A DNA stretch of 64,000 bases, taken from Marsupella aquatica. Taxonomy: Eukaryota > Plantae > Marchantiophyta. Within the stretch, counting starts at the first letter, position 1, and every line of letters begins with the position of its first letter. The stretch spans positions 9,590,283-9,654,282 of the forward strand of contig OZ316892.1 in NCBI GenBank assembly GCA_973895155.1. The letters are read 5' to 3'. A program made the position numbers and the translations under genes. Shown piece after piece: positions 50,462 through 64,000 of this stretch. Under the pieces are notes generated by a model. The model was not told where the DNA came from. It did not search any database and was given only the letters and a program-made list of their open reading frames with translations.

Positions 50462-50955
50462 TGAGATGAGATGAGATGAGATGAGATGAGATGAGATGAG
50501 AGAGAGGGAAGTTTTGATTTGAGAGGGAGGAGAGCGGTGGTGTGGAAGGTGGAGGAGAAGCAGAAGTGTGGATGTAGTCGTTCGAGTTGCGTTGCTGCTG
50601 CTGCTGCTGCTGGTTCGGTTCCGTTGGGTTCGGGTGTTGTTCGGAAGCTGTGGCTGGCTGCAGCCTGTGCCATTTCGATTCGAGAATTAGCTGGGCTCGA
50701 CCTCTTTGATCGTCGTTGCGTCCCGTTCGGTGGCTTCGGAGTTTTGCATCATCGTTCTTTGAATAAGCCCGGTGGGGTGTTCGTCTTGATTGAGATCGCT
50801 GGTGGTTGTGTGGGACCCCTTCGCCATCAGTTCTGGTCTCGGAGACTCGGACGCTGGTGTCACGGCAAGCGCAGGCAAGGGAAGGAGGGAGGCGTGTCAA
50901 TCTTTTCAGCGGATCACCTTTTGTGCCCATACGTAGAGTGAGAGACTGAGAGTGG

Positions 50956-51022
<67 letters not shown>
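50462..51022 (+). repeat. Microsatellites in the pBRP1 upstream/5' leader region: (TGAGA)n 50462-50500, (GCT)n ~50594-50611, (GA)n 50958-51022
   Basis: Read directly from the sequence. Confidence 0.95.
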
Positions 51023-51023
<1 letters not shown>

Positions 51024-51779
51024 ACTGACGTTGTGTCATCGGTCGTCCTCTGCATCCGTCACTATCATTGTTATCAGCGGCAGGGTGTTTGTTATCAGGC
51101 AGGTATGGGAAGAACATTCGGAGTCGGAGTGAGGAGCATTTTTTGTGTTGGGCGTTTGACAATGAGAGGCTAGGTTAGGAAACGCGAGAAGAGGCATACG
51201 GGTAGACGAAAAGAAGGAGAAGGGGGAGACAGAAGACGAGGAAGAGAAGCCAGAAGGGTTGATACCATGGGTGAGGACGAGGTAATACCTCATGGTCATG
51301 ACCGTGAGCAACGGGGTGGAAAAGCAGAGCCGTGGATTTTGGCTTGGTGCTTCTTATTACCTGAAACACTCCGGTGTTGAATAATATTTTTCGTTCTCAT
51401 CGTCATTACCAACGCCTGCATATCTCACTCTTTGCGGTTCGCTGAATTTCTGGGAGCTCGTTTGGATCTATTTCGATGCTCCTCCGTGTGCCCTCTCCTT
51501 CCATATGCGTGTGTCGGTGGTGGTGACAAAGAAGAGGATCTAATTATCGAGGAGGCTAGTCCTGAAACTATTTTATAAAGTTTGGCTGCTGTCCGAGTTT
51601 TATGTTGGAACAAACAGCAAGCAAGCATTACCACTGCAGAAGCCGTTTGGGACAATTATTAGTACGCCTCATACCGCCACTTTTATTATTAGTACTCCGG
51701 CTTCAGCCCTCTTCTTCTGTTCCTTTCATTCGGATTGGTTTCGACTTGCGCTGGAGGACGACGTCCAGAACGTGAGCCG

Positions 51780-54700
51780 ATGTCGCAGGCACTGTGTCCC
51801 TACTGCAGTGCCTCGGAAGGGCGCTGTGTGGTGCTCGGTGGAGGCCGCTTCCTCACCGAATGTAGGTCATGTGGGCGTGTTATGGAAGAGCGGCTTAGCG
51901 AGGTACACCGTTCCCCTCCACCCTGAGCTCGTCCTCTCGGATGATCATCATTACAAAGTTCTTGATTTGGAAAAAGCTCTCGATCGCATCTGAATTTGTC
52001 CCTGGTGGTTACTCATGGATAGTGGTACACCCGGTTGTCCTGCACGTCATCATTCACCCTACCAGTGCTCGAGTGACCCATCATCAAAGCTACCCAGATA
52101 ATCATAGCAACAAAGCCTGGAGCTACCCTTTCGATACTTGGTCGTGAAATTCAGTCTCAGGAACAATTTTCTGTATCACTCTTGTGGAATTTTTTTGGTA
52201 CTCCTTTGTGGCGAATGATGACCTACAATTTCCCGGTTAGATTTAATAGTTCTTTCTCAGTGTGAAACCAGACGCCATGGTACGACCTCTGCAAGGTTGG
52301 ATTCTCCATGAGAAAACTCCTTTTCCTGCCGTGAGCTCTGCCTGGGATTGCTATTCGGAGTTGGCATTATCGATTTCAGGACCCTGACAGATGCGTAGAC
52401 AAACTTGCTGAATAACAGGACGATCCAGTAATCTGCGAGAGCACTGTAGCAGAATTCCTTCATCCCAGTATTTGATGTCTGTCGTAATCGGATGAAGATT
52501 CGAATGCAAAGTAGCCCTTCTTGTAGGCCTGACGATCATGATGCGGGGCGAGATGTTTTGTCTCTTTGGGAAATGTCTGCAGCAGCAAATTAGTTTCGTA
52601 CCTTGTAAATTTATGTGCTCAAGTAGGAACAAGGTGGATGTTGAATTGACGGCGTAGAGATGTACCGTGCGCTTTTCTAAATCCACCGTTGCTCTCTTAC
52701 AGGTAGACGAACTATTTATTGAGAGGGCGCACGACGCTCCGTTGTGCATAGTAACCCCGGATTTCAGTGAGAATGAGTCTTACAAGGCACCTCCCATTGA
52801 GGATGACCCCTTCGAGAGTATCGGATTCATTACTGCCTTTTCGACGTGGTCGCTTGAGCAATGCCCCCTATTCACGGCCACAAGCACTAGTTACAGTGGG
52901 CAGTTGGCAGAGTTGGAGAGGTTACTGTCAGATTCACTCTATTCGGGTGGAGGTGCGGTGGCCACGAGTTTAGCCGGGGCGAGCATGAGCACGGTCGATA
53001 CGTTGAGAGCCTATTTTCAAATCGTCGAAGTGTCCTCAGTGTTGGGTTTGGAAAGAGATAGCTGTGACCATGCCATCCAGCTTTTCAGAGACTGTTTATC
53101 AACGACCTATCTCAGGAATCGTAACATTGAGGCCCTTGCGACTGCTGCTCTGGTGCAAGCGACAAGGGAGCAACAGGAACCTCGTACTTTACAGGTCTGT
53201 CGTTCGTTCTTATTCTGGACCTTCTCATTCCAGACGCAAGCCTCTTGAGTTTACAATTTGGTTGTTTAACGGCATTACCTACTCGATTAGCATGGTATAC
53301 ATGACCCGGAGATTCTGTAAGCCACCAAGTTTCTTAGCATGTCGATCGGATGAAATTCATGTACACGGGCTTCGATCGCTCTTGGTCAAGGATTCTCCAG
53401 TTCGAGTCATTCTGAGCAAGGTTTGGAACCACCTCTTGATGTTGCAATCAGGTTTACATTTTTGACTTGCTCGTTTATCTTTTGCAGGAAATTTCAACTG
53501 CAGCCAACATTCCACCGAAAGAAATCGCGAGGCACATGAAGGTGCTTTCTGACGCGTTGAAGCTCAGCCAACCCATCAATAGCAACTCCATTTCTGTGCA
53601 CATGCCGCGCTTTTGTAATCTTCTACAACTCAGCAAGACCACACAGGTAGAAACATGTGCGTATGGCTCTTTTGAAGGGCATGGCCCTCTTTGTTCATTC
53701 GGCTAGGATGAGACTGTTTGTTGGAGTGTTAAGCTAGATCCTTCTTATCGAGCTCTGTCAATGAGCATATCGAACTCTGCGGAATTCTTTGCACACAAGG
53801 GGAATCTGTAGCTATTCCATCAATTTTGGTCATAGATATCCTTCACCAAGAGCCATATATCTAGGTCACAGTGTAGAAGCCGGACTGCTTCACTCTAGAA
53901 GCGATTTTCTGCCTGACGGATGAGCTTCAGTACTTGTAGGGCTAATTTAGCTACTTTGTCAAGGAAACGAATGGAGACTATTTGTTGCTCAAGTGAAAAC
54001 AAATCTTTGATTATCGAGACTGAAAGACCGTCATTTCTGCGTCTTTGTTGTCAGGACCTTGCAACTCATATAGGAGAGGTGGTGATTAATAAGAGCTTCT
54101 GCACGAGGAGAAATCCGATCAGCATATCTGCTGCAGCTATCTATTTATCTTGCCAACTTGAGGATAAACGGAAGACTCAAACGGAGATCTGTAAAGCAAC
54201 CGGTCTGACGGAGGTTCGCCCCGTTTCCATGTTCATCCTAGAATGTACCTTTGACTTGAGTTGTAGCAGTGTGAAGCATGTATCTGGAATGTCTGACATC
54301 ACGGAATGACGAGTAAATTGGAAGTCTCTTTCATCCGTGCTCTGTCTGGGTGCGGATTAGCAACTCACCGTCTGGGAACTTCTCTTGGCGAGTTTGAGTA
54401 CTGTTTGAAGTTCAGATCGTAAGGCGTCACCATTGACCTTGTCTCTTCCTTTGCCAATACTGCAGGTTACTCTGCGTAAGGTATACAAGGAGCTGTTGGA
54501 AAATCTTGATGATCTGTTGCCTGCTGATTATACTCCAGCAGTCCCTCTAGAGAAGGCATTCCCAGTAACAGCTGCGGCACTGGGCCGTGTTCATGTCGCT
54601 CGAGCAGCAGCCGGTGTTGCCATGTCCGAGCCATCACTTCCCACCACACCTTACAACTCAGCAGTGAGCAATATGAGTGCTGGTATAGCTGGTGATACAA

Positions 54701-56241
54701 GCAGTGTAGTAGGGGGTTCGGTAGGAAGTTCCCCCGCACAATCCAACATGATTCGCGTTCCTGTGTCAGGCGGATCTGCCACAGACAGGGCCACAGTAGG
54801 AGTTACTTCATATAGAGGTTCCACTCCCCCAAATTCTGATGGGAGACCTGGAGTACCTTTGTTTACTGTACCTTTCAGTTCAATTGGAATCACCGGGGGG
54901 GAGGGTGTAGACAGAACACGGCTTGATGTGTCGAAGGAGATCGAGAGGGATCGCAGTGAACAACGGGAGAGGGACAAGGAAAGGGAACGAGATAGGATGG
55001 ATACGGATTATCCACCTCAAAAGAAAGCGAATATGATGCCTCCTGCTTCGCTTCCGCCAGGCTTTCGACCGTCTTTCTTTCCATTTGCTCAAGTAGATCC
55101 ACGAATTTTTCAGGAAATGAATCCGGGACTCTGGCCAGTACATTTGTATGGCGCACCTGCTATGAGGCCTGCTGAAGAGGGCACAACGTCAGCTCGAGGG
55201 AATGATAGGTCTCGGGAAGATGCAGCAGGGAACCAGGCCTTGCCCAATTCTAAACTGCCCCCCCAACAATATGTCAGTTTCATTCCAGGGATGCCAGAGG
55301 GCTTAAATCCCAACATGCAAGTCAAGATGCTTCAGCTAATGCAAGGAAGGCCGCCGGAAGGAGTTGAAAGGCAGCAAGGTGGTACATTTGAGAGGGACAA
55401 CAGGGAGTCTGAAAGGGATAGAGATCACGAGGGAGAGGCTGGCGAAAATGGGAGTCACGCCTTACCGGTATCTTCAACAAATCCAGCAGCAACTCTCCAA
55501 GCATTTGCTGCAGCCGCTGCTGCTGCTGCTGCCTCGGGGAGACAAGGACCCCCAGTCTTTGCTGGTATTCCGCCAGGATTGTGGCCGTTTCTTAGTGCAG
55601 GAGGTCCTGGTCCATATGGGATGTTCCCTCCCCAAATGGTGCAAGCACAAGGTGGTGGAGGTCTGCCACAGGGGCTTCGCCATGGAGAGCATTATACTGG
55701 TGGGGTCTCAGAAAAGAGTTTGGAAGGTCTACCACAGGGACTCCTGGCCTCAGCTGGAGCAGAAGCTTTATCGAGGATGGGAGGAGGACATGGAGCGGTA
55801 GCTGGTCAACCTGGTGGCCTTGGAGGGCAACCGGGTCATCTACCTATGCCGTGGCCAGGTGCACCATTCCACCCCCTGTTCCTTCCTGCCACTATGAATG
55901 TGGGTCCTGGTCCTGGTCCAGGTCCAGCCAGCGGCATGAGCAATGGAATAATCAGCGACTCGTCAAATGGAATGATGAAAAGAGATGGAAGTGGTGGCAG
56001 TGATGGTAATGCTAGACTTGCAGCATCTGGAGCAGGAATGAATCTGTCACAACGACCTGTAACGGACATGTTTCCCATGCTCGGCATGACCCCGGGGAGT
56101 CATGGAACCCAAGACCCTCCTGGACACCCTCCTAACACTGCTCAACGTGCTGACAACGGTGAAGCAACCACCACCTCGGTGGCCATGACAAACCAACAAC
56201 CTTCGTTTGAAAGACAAGCTCCTCATGAAAGACAGCACTGA
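51780..56241 (+). CDS. PBRP1: Plant-specific TFIIB-related protein 1 (pBrp), ~902 aa
   Basis: Exons 51780-51902, 52703-53194, 53488-53646, 54055-54213, 54466-56241 (2709 nt, all phase 0). Zn ribbon CPYC...TECRSCGRVMEER; DPFE.IGFITAFSTWSLE; cyclin folds RNRNIEALATAALVQA...EPRTLQE and FCTRRNPISISAAAIYL..QLEDKRKTQ.EICK.TGLTEVTLRKVYKELL. Confidence 0.95.
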
Positions 56242-57470
56242 CGCCTCAAGAGTTAGATTACTTTGTCAAGGAGATTATTTCCTTGCAAGTTTTAGGTCCG
56301 CAAATTGTGGAAATTGCCCTTTACCCCAACTCAATTGTATATGGTGGTGGTGAGATATATTCAGGCGGTACCCAACTAAAGTCTCTCTCATTGGTCTGCG
56401 TGTTTTGCGCACGGATTTCTGTATTCTGCTCCTCACCGGCTTGAATCTGAATCAACTTCAGATGTCATTCCCTCATCCGTCCATTCATTCATCCATTGTA
56501 TCATGTACATGTTATTGTTGGCCAGGTTATTCGCCTGTGGACTAGTGAAATCGGACATTCCCTCATTTATAAAATGTTAAGCGGCATATGGCTAGATGTT
56601 CCGTGCACAAACTCGTTGTGTTTCTATTCACATGGTTAGGAAATTCTGGTCCAGAAACGCCAGATATTATCAGAGTACACCCAAAGGGTCATTCATTATG
56701 GACAGAGAAATCGGTAGAATTAGCAACAAAGGCGGTAATGTTTTCGGCCCTCAACACCTGAGGAAAATTTTCGACTCTGAGCTATGTACATCTAGTCCAA
56801 TCTGAGGAGTTGAGTTCTGTTGAGCTCTTGAATTCATGAATGGATGTGTGATCTCAAGTGCCCTGGCCTCGGTCACCTCCATGAGAATAAATTCTTATAA
56901 GCTTTGTATGTTTGTTTCAACAGTCTGTTGCATGCTTTCGCCCTTGCAATGAATGCATAAGTCTAAGCAGATACTGTGTCAATCTCGACAAAATGAGTAT
57001 ACGGAAGTACTTGCTACATGTAATTTCCTACATTACTGTTATTAATGCTCCAAGAACGAGTCGTGCACCCTTTACCCTCGTACAGGTGTGCTGCAGAACT
57101 TCCAAGACAGTACGCAGCTTTTGTCCACATTGATGCCGAAGTACCTACCTTGGCAGTACTTCCCATCCAAGATCTGGAATTGGTTTCACAAATGAATGGA
57201 TCCGTGGTCAGGTCCGCAGGCTGAGTTGGGTACGGTATGTAATTATGGTCTGTGAAGACAAAGGGGCACCGGTTTTGGACGGGAAAAGGGGTAATTTCTC
57301 TTTTTATTATATTTTCGGAAACAGGGCCAAAAGTGCATTGAAAGGAAAAAGCCCAAAATCGGGTACATGGGCCAGTCCCAATGATGGTCAGAGAATTGAA
57401 GTTTTTCTGATGATATGATAGCACTCCCACGGGTCCGCTCACGGCCCAGCCTGGAGCGAGTTTTTGAACC

Positions 57471-57635
57471 CCCACAAAACTGGTTTTCATGATCCAATGT
57501 CTGCTCTGGCAAGTGCATTCACTCCAACTGACAGTTTTTGGTGAGTTTTTGAAGCCCACAACATTGGTTTTCATGATCCAATGTCCGCTTTGGCAAGTGC
57601 ATTCAATGCACTCCAAACTGACAGTTTTGGTGAGT
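57471..57635. repeat. Tandem duplication, 2 x ~84 bp
   Basis: cccaca..a.tggttttcatgatccaatgtc.gct.tggcaagtgcattca...actgacagtttt.gtgagt is present twice. Confidence 0.85.
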
Positions 57636-58993
57636 GTGAAAAGCGAGACGGATGGGGATGCTCATCGGAACCCTTCATGAACCCGGATGCACGCGCGAAC
57701 CTGGAATCCTTCACGAACCCGGATGTACGCACCCACCGGCTCGCTAAGCTTGCTGATGGCAGCACTGTTTAGTGTGCACTTTCGGAAGTGCTTCTGAGAG
57801 ATAAGGTTTTGAGTCCCCTATTTTTGTTTGGTTCCAGATTCGGTTTAAAGTCATTGTCTTCCAGCTACACATTACTGTAAATTTGATAGTCACCTCAGGC
57901 ATGTTTTCTGCAATGAGCGAGGCCGTTGCATGAGCGAGGCCGTTGCTGGAGCAAGATTATAAATCTTCAGATTTGACACATCATCAAAGTAGGTGTCTTT
58001 TGTGATTTGGGGTGGATCATTCCCTACACTAATCGGGACACTAGTGTGACTTCTCTCAAAGTTTGCTTGTTCACGCATATCAATCGAAGACATGATTTCG
58101 AAGATCATCGCCCTGGCTTCCCCTCCGCAACCCGCCAAACTGGCAGTCCATCCATCGCAAACAAAGGGAGTGTCCAATCACGTAGTCCAATATACACTGT
58201 TGGTTGCTTTACAAAGAGGATGCTGGTGATGTTTTCGAGGCTTTAAGTTCATGTCCTATGGGTATTTTGACTTGCCAGGTTTTAGACTATGGCCACTTGT
58301 TCTTCACTATCCAGTCCTCTGTGCGTTGCTGCCCTTGATAGGAGCAGCAGAGACTACAGATGAAATGAATTCCAAGGGTACCAGTGGATTGACCAAGAGC
58401 AAGGTGACAGTCAAAATACGTGTCTTCCTTTCTTGGCAGTCGGTTGTCATGGATGTTCCAGTATTGAAACCAAGAGGTCGAAGTCAACAATGATGTGGGT
58501 CGAGTTGCCTATGATGCTAACTGGGTTGTGAAATGTGCCCCTGCTTCAATTTTTCTTAGTATGTTCAATTAAACGCCAATCTCCTAATACAATTCCTGCC
58601 CTCCCTTTTTGGAGTGAAAATGATGTCCATCTTTGTCCGTTTGCTTCTCATTACTTTGTGTTTTAATCGTGTTACAACAAGACTTGCTAATTTCTGGAGA
58701 AGGTCAACCAGCTTCTGGACTAACAAATATAATTGATCAATTCTAGTGTGATGAATCAACTTCAACGCATAGAAGAGTACCCACGTTATGTAACAGATGA
58801 TCCCAGTTATGAAACAACGGAAGATTCACACACATGCCAATGCATTCATGTATTTGGCCCAAGCCAGCATTTACCCCGATACAGGCCAACCACAAGGAAA
58901 AAGGAGACGAGAAGAGGAATGAAAGTAAACCCGCAATTTGGCTTTATTGTCTGGAGATTTCAGAATTGTGCCCGACTGTGCAGAACAATGTGT

Positions 58994-61900
58994 TCAGGCT
59001 GAATCGGTTACAAAAGGAGCTGTTCGGAGGAGTTTTTCAAGCTCGTCATTAGCCTCTGCTTGATTTTTCCATTCCTGAAGACAACATTACAAAGGTTGCA
59101 CGCGTCAATACATTGCTATCGTTGCTGATATCCATGCTACTCCCATGTCAGAACCAAGATAGCAGAATTTACCTTTTGCAAACTTTCAACTTCCATCAAA
59201 CGCTCTATTTGTTCTGCTATAGTAGCCTGCCAACAACCAGACCAGTAAGAAGGAGTACACAATTAATGAGATTGTCAAAAACAATTCCCAAAGTCCAGAT
59301 GCACTTCGTTTCTTCCTACAGGTTGCTCGAACAAGCCAAGCAGATGAGAACTGAAGGTAAGAAATTATTTATGTTGCAGTCAATTTACTCGAAATTCAGG
59401 GCAAAGCTATCTAGGAGACATTATGCATTATTTTCCTTTCTTACACCAATTGATATTAAAGGCAGGTGGAGCAGGTATGATTGGAATCAAGCTACAGCTC
59501 TTACTTCGGGGCTAGCAGCCTCTGCTGCGAGTACATCAATGTCCATCTCCACCTCAATCTCTATCATGGATGCAACCTGTACCATTGATCAGAGGGTAAG
59601 AAAATCTTTGCTGGGTATAGAACTATTAACAGCTCCTTCCCTCCGAAAATGTCAGACTCCTGCTGTTGTGCGCTCAGGAAATATTTCAGTTCAAAGGAAA
59701 ATGCCTGTGATCAAAATAGCACCTTTGAATAGTTGTCGAGAAGCTCCAACCTCGCCGCTATCCGTTCATCAAGCCCATCTCGAGCTTTTCGAACTCGTTC
59801 TATGCGGGCACTGAAAATCCACTTCCAAAGATAAAAAGAGGATTTTGACTATGACAGATATTCAACACTGTTTGAGATTGACCCACGATAAAATCCTGCT
59901 CTACGACTTACTCTTCGAGAGCATGATCAATTCAAGGTCTAATCACTGAACGAAAGAACTCCAAGCAGATCTGGGACTATCTTACCCATAAGAAGCCTCG
60001 CCCACAGCTTCCATTTTGTTTTGAAGTTGACACATCCTGGCCAGCATTCGCACCTTTCACCAAAACGTCAAAAGACTTTACTTCAATTTCTTGCCATCCA
60101 ACCTAGACTACATTCTGTTCCAGCGTAGAATCTTAAATTAAACTAAATACCGCCCAAAGTACAATTTCGTTCAGCTAATTTCTCATTACCCTACTTTTTT
60201 CATCAACTTCTCTGCGATCCTGCTGCACTGACAAGACCTCAAACAAAACCACTAAATGGCTAATAGCTAGTTCGTGAACAAAAGTACCTCATTCGAGGCT
60301 GCCTCTGTTAATTCTTGCAGCCGTACTTGGAGCTGTTCATACTGAGCTAATAACCGTTGGCGAATAGCAATTGCATCCACAGTTCTTTGAGGAAGCTGAA
60401 ACCAAAGTCATCCATTCACAATGTTGAGCTCCATGCACCGAAGAAATTTCTTTAAGAAACAGACCCGAAACCAGTCCGACGTGAAGAGGAAAAACATATG
60501 CATGGTCCCTTCGATGGGGACATTGCTTTTAATTTGCACGTCCGTTAGCTGGGAGCAGAAGCAAGGGAAACTGACGGTCAACCCAGACCCTCTCCTACCT
60601 GATTGAGCCGAGGAAGAACGAAAGTATTCATTGCTCCACCAAAAGTCACAGCTGCAGCCGCTCCCACAGCAGCAAGACGTGGTAAAGAGGGGTCAAGTAG
60701 CCCCGAGGCTGCATCAGTACTGGCCAACAAAATTGCTATGGGAAAAATAACATTGGTATCAAATGCAGCTTTGCTGCCTGCTTTTGGTGGAGCCCTCATG
60801 AGACTTAAGACTTGTCCTGTTTTGTGATTGGTGACTGCCATAGGTTCACGGGGTTTCCAGCCTGGAGCTCGCGCATTGAAACGAATAGGCCCTAATCCAC
60901 GACCCACATTTGCTGGAGATGCCAAGACCATGGTAACCCGTTCACCCATTTGGGCAGGCACATCTGCAGATTGGGTAGCAAACCTGTGTGTTTGAGCTAA
61001 TGCATCAGGTGCTCGTACCTGCAACATGGACAACATTACATCTGTAAACTGGATAGCTGTATTAACAATATTTCTAGAATCTCTAAGAGTGCACGCTTCA
61101 CAAGAATCCCAAACGAATTAACGCTTCATTGTTTGGTTAACTCTAGGGAGTAATTGAGAATAATATAAATAGTTGTCGGTCATGGCAAAGTATGTGTTGG
61201 ACAAGAGAATCACATACCACAATAGAGTGTATTGCAGCAGGAACACGGCGATTAAGAAATGGCAGGGCCTGCAAGCTCCTGTCCCAAAAGGACGTGTCCG
61301 AGCTAAAGCAAGGAACCCAAATCGAGATATGATAAATTCGTCAGCAGATGCGTGAAGTCTCTCTACTTCTAAAGTTTGCAATAAGTTGTTCCCTCCTACT
61401 CTGTATCTTCAACAGACACAACATGCGCAATGATTGATCGTGGAATATGAAACATCAATCAAAATCTCGTTCACAAAATCCTATCACCCATCTCTACGTC
61501 TCCATCATTGCACAGATATCCATCTGATTGAAATGTAAAGCCAAGAATGCAGTCTGCGCATGTTTGTGAGTGTTTAAGAGTGCCATAACAAACTTAAAGT
61601 GACACTTCACCATACATAGTTAGATCACATGCCAGTAAAGTAAAATATCTAAAAAGGAAGGAGAGACTTCACAAACCTGATGGATTCTGACTCAGAACTC
61701 ACAATCACTCCAGACATCAACTCATATTGATACCGGCATGTCGCACACGGCACCAACTGATTTATCACAACATTATTGCAGGTCAGTACCAAAACAGTAA
61801 CTATAAGGAACCACACTGTTTGAGTTGTAGAAGGTTCAAAATTCCCAGATCCATCGAATAAACAAATTTTTTTGGCATAGAGCCGTCTGCTTTAATAGCA

Positions 61901-64000
61901 CCTGAATTCCTTGTTGTGGCTGCACAACTGCTAAAGAGGTTTTGCATATAGGACAGCTCACTACTTTTCCAAAAGACACCTGCAGACATCAAATCCGAAC
62001 ATCAAGAGAGAAACGAGTAAACCTTGAAGGCAATAATAATTTCTTCTCCTTATTATCTCGTTCCCTAAAACTGAGCAGAGTATGCTATTCAACAGTGAGA
62101 GTTTTTGTGCACGGTAGTCATGCATTGCTCTACATCAGCAGATTCTATCCATTACTTTGCGGCTACGTATCCAACAAACTTGTGAGTAATAGCAAATCAC
62201 CTCATCGCCCTGAGGAACTCCTCGGCGTCGGACATCCCCCACTATTCTTATGGCATCTGACACACGAAGAGATGCTGCTAGTCCGCGTGCAAGTACCGCA
62301 TAAGTTGTTATATGAGGCTGTGGCCAACCCCATCCCCAGTCTCGTCCTGTTTCTCTTTTTGCATCTGCTCCAATCACAGTTGACTGACATTTTTACACAT
62401 TTCAAAGTGTGATTCACAATGACTTAGCATCGATAGAAAAGTAACACTCTCACTCTTCCTAAGACTACAAATTGCAGCCTTAAATCCTCGACTCCATACG
62501 CTACATTGCTCGCAAGGCACATGACATGAGAACTCTCTCCCTATCGCCCACCGGCTTGGCTTTCTTTAGAACTAGTGAAGTCAATTTACCACGTGCTCAG
62601 TTACAGTTCTTGTGTAGGTTACCACGAGGGGAATCCGACATCCTTACATTACCGCACAATAGTCTAGTAGCAGACCTCAATTCATAAGCTTTGATTTGGT
62701 AATATGAACGTACACTAACTTTCTGAAACGTACACTAACTTTCTGAATCCATAGTCCTGGGAACGACAGTCCGTTTTCCATGGTTTCAAGGATACATTTT
62801 TGGTTACAACCTGAAAATCCTAAATCCAACACGAGAAGGCAATCCACAGCCCAGTTCCCTAAGGATTGGTTTACTAGAACAAGGATTGTTTGTTCCACTA
62901 GACGCGGACAAATATTTTCTTGGAACGGATTGCTCTGCTCAAAATTATCAACTTACTGAGCAAAATTCGATGAAATTCAATTTTCATTAAATATCTGCTA
63001 TACCAAATTTACTTCCAAAAACAACGTCAGAAGAACACTAGAAGTGTAACATTTAGGGTTCATCACTTGAACGACAATAACATCATTCCTCTTGATGGTC
63101 TCGTAGACAGTACTTCCATGGAGATTAAGACACCATTTATCTTCAAAGGAGGTCGAGAAGAAACCGGTCTTAGAACCCTGAAGTAATAACCCCTTGGAAC
63201 TTTATGACCAGCGTTTAATTTTTTGAATCCCACGGGGTTTTGGAGCATGTTGATCTCTGAAAGCCGAAGAGTACTCCAAGCACAAGGACAGTAAGAAATG
63301 CAAGTTTAAAACAAAAGTCGTGAAGGCACACCTTCCTGTCGATCAATTCGGCGCTGGAGAATGCTGCAACGCATGGAATCTAGGATTGACAAGGCAAGCT
63401 CCACATTATTCTGCCCGATGGCTGCGAGAATCATTTGGCAGCAATCTTCATTGGTAAGGACACTTCCTTTCTCTTCTGGTACCCTTTCAGCAATCAATGC
63501 CAAGACGGCATCTGCATTCTCAGTCACTGCTACCCGTCTAAGGAACCGCTCATCGAGCAGCCCTGAACCCACGGCATCGTCTGAGGATGTGGAGGTGGAG
63601 TTTCCTGGCTCACTTCTCTTCCAGCCCTTCTCACTAGAGCCTTCAGATTTCTCTTCCTTGAGTCCCTCCACGGACATCTCTGCAGCGCCTGAGCTATCCT
63701 CCTCACCCGCTCCTGGCTTCGTCCTCTCACCATCTTCTTCCCCTTGTTCTTTCCTGGATTTGGTAAGTAGTCTCTCCTCACTTGGACGTTCAAATTCCCC
63801 TTTGCCCACTGCTCTAGTCCTAACCTCGGCCTTTTTAACCAATGTGTGCTTGGTGGGCCTGTCAACACGAGTAGTAATTGGGTCAGCTCTCCGCCCAGCA
63901 GCACCCAGCACGCTGATCTCAAGCACCCACGCTTTAACCTCTTTGGACGCCCGAATTCTTCTGAATTGTGGATCTTTCCTGCTTAACCCAATCTCCAGCC
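58994..64000 (-). CDS. Conserved plant protein similar to Arabidopsis AT1G64430 (annotated PPR-superfamily); start codon lies beyond the window
   Basis: Approx. exons >64000-63332, 62366-62202, 61980-61902, 61757-61678, 61302-61217, 61019-60599, 60396-60289, 60055-59987, 59811-59723, 59576-59505, 59226-59173, 59074-58994. Motifs GLAASLRVSDA, CATCRYQYEL.SG, THRFAT...PAQ.GERVT, DAASGLLDPSLP, MLARMCQL.NK, SMIEIEVEMD.DVLAAEA, W..QAEANDE. The locus match is from recall. Confidence 0.88.

Noticed and set aside
49777-51173. Long ORFs (298 aa, 197 aa, poly-ER) upstream of pBRP1
   Set aside because: Translations of microsatellite-rich leader sequence with no domain content.
59113-59814. 233-aa plus-strand ORF
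   Set aside because: Antisense to well-supported exons of the AT1G64430-like gene, with no recognisable motifs.
60600-60620. miR171-like sequence (tgattgagccg...)
   Set aside because: Only 11 nt match, lies antisense to a coding exon end, and has no hairpin partner.

Overview
Eukaryotic land-plant nuclear DNA with spliceosomal introns; a bryophyte source is only a guess. The first ~15 kb is a transposon nest: a decayed Ty1/copia element interrupted by (i) the 3' end of one CACTA element, (ii) a 1-kb TIR element with an 8-bp TSD, and (iii) a complete 9.7-kb CACTA element (TIR CACTACAACA, TSD CGT). The complete CACTA carries a SET-domain (lysine-methyltransferase-like) exon between the first coding exon and the body of its transposase gene, plus a divergent TnpA-like gene and four clusters of a CpG-centred motif. 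Four host genes are supported by splice-consistent models: a UBTD-like protein, a zinc-knuckle Swi3/TIPIN homologue, plant-specific TFIIB-related pBRP1 with a very long low-complexity tail, and a partial AT1G64430-like gene. At ~35.2-39.2 kb lies a tyrosine-recombinase (DUF3504/Crypton-type) element with dif/lox-like terminal motifs and an adjoining 117-bp hairpin mini-element. The SET-bearing CACTA and the Crypton-like element are the two strongest novelty candidates. All family assignments come from motif recognition by eye; no database searches were run.
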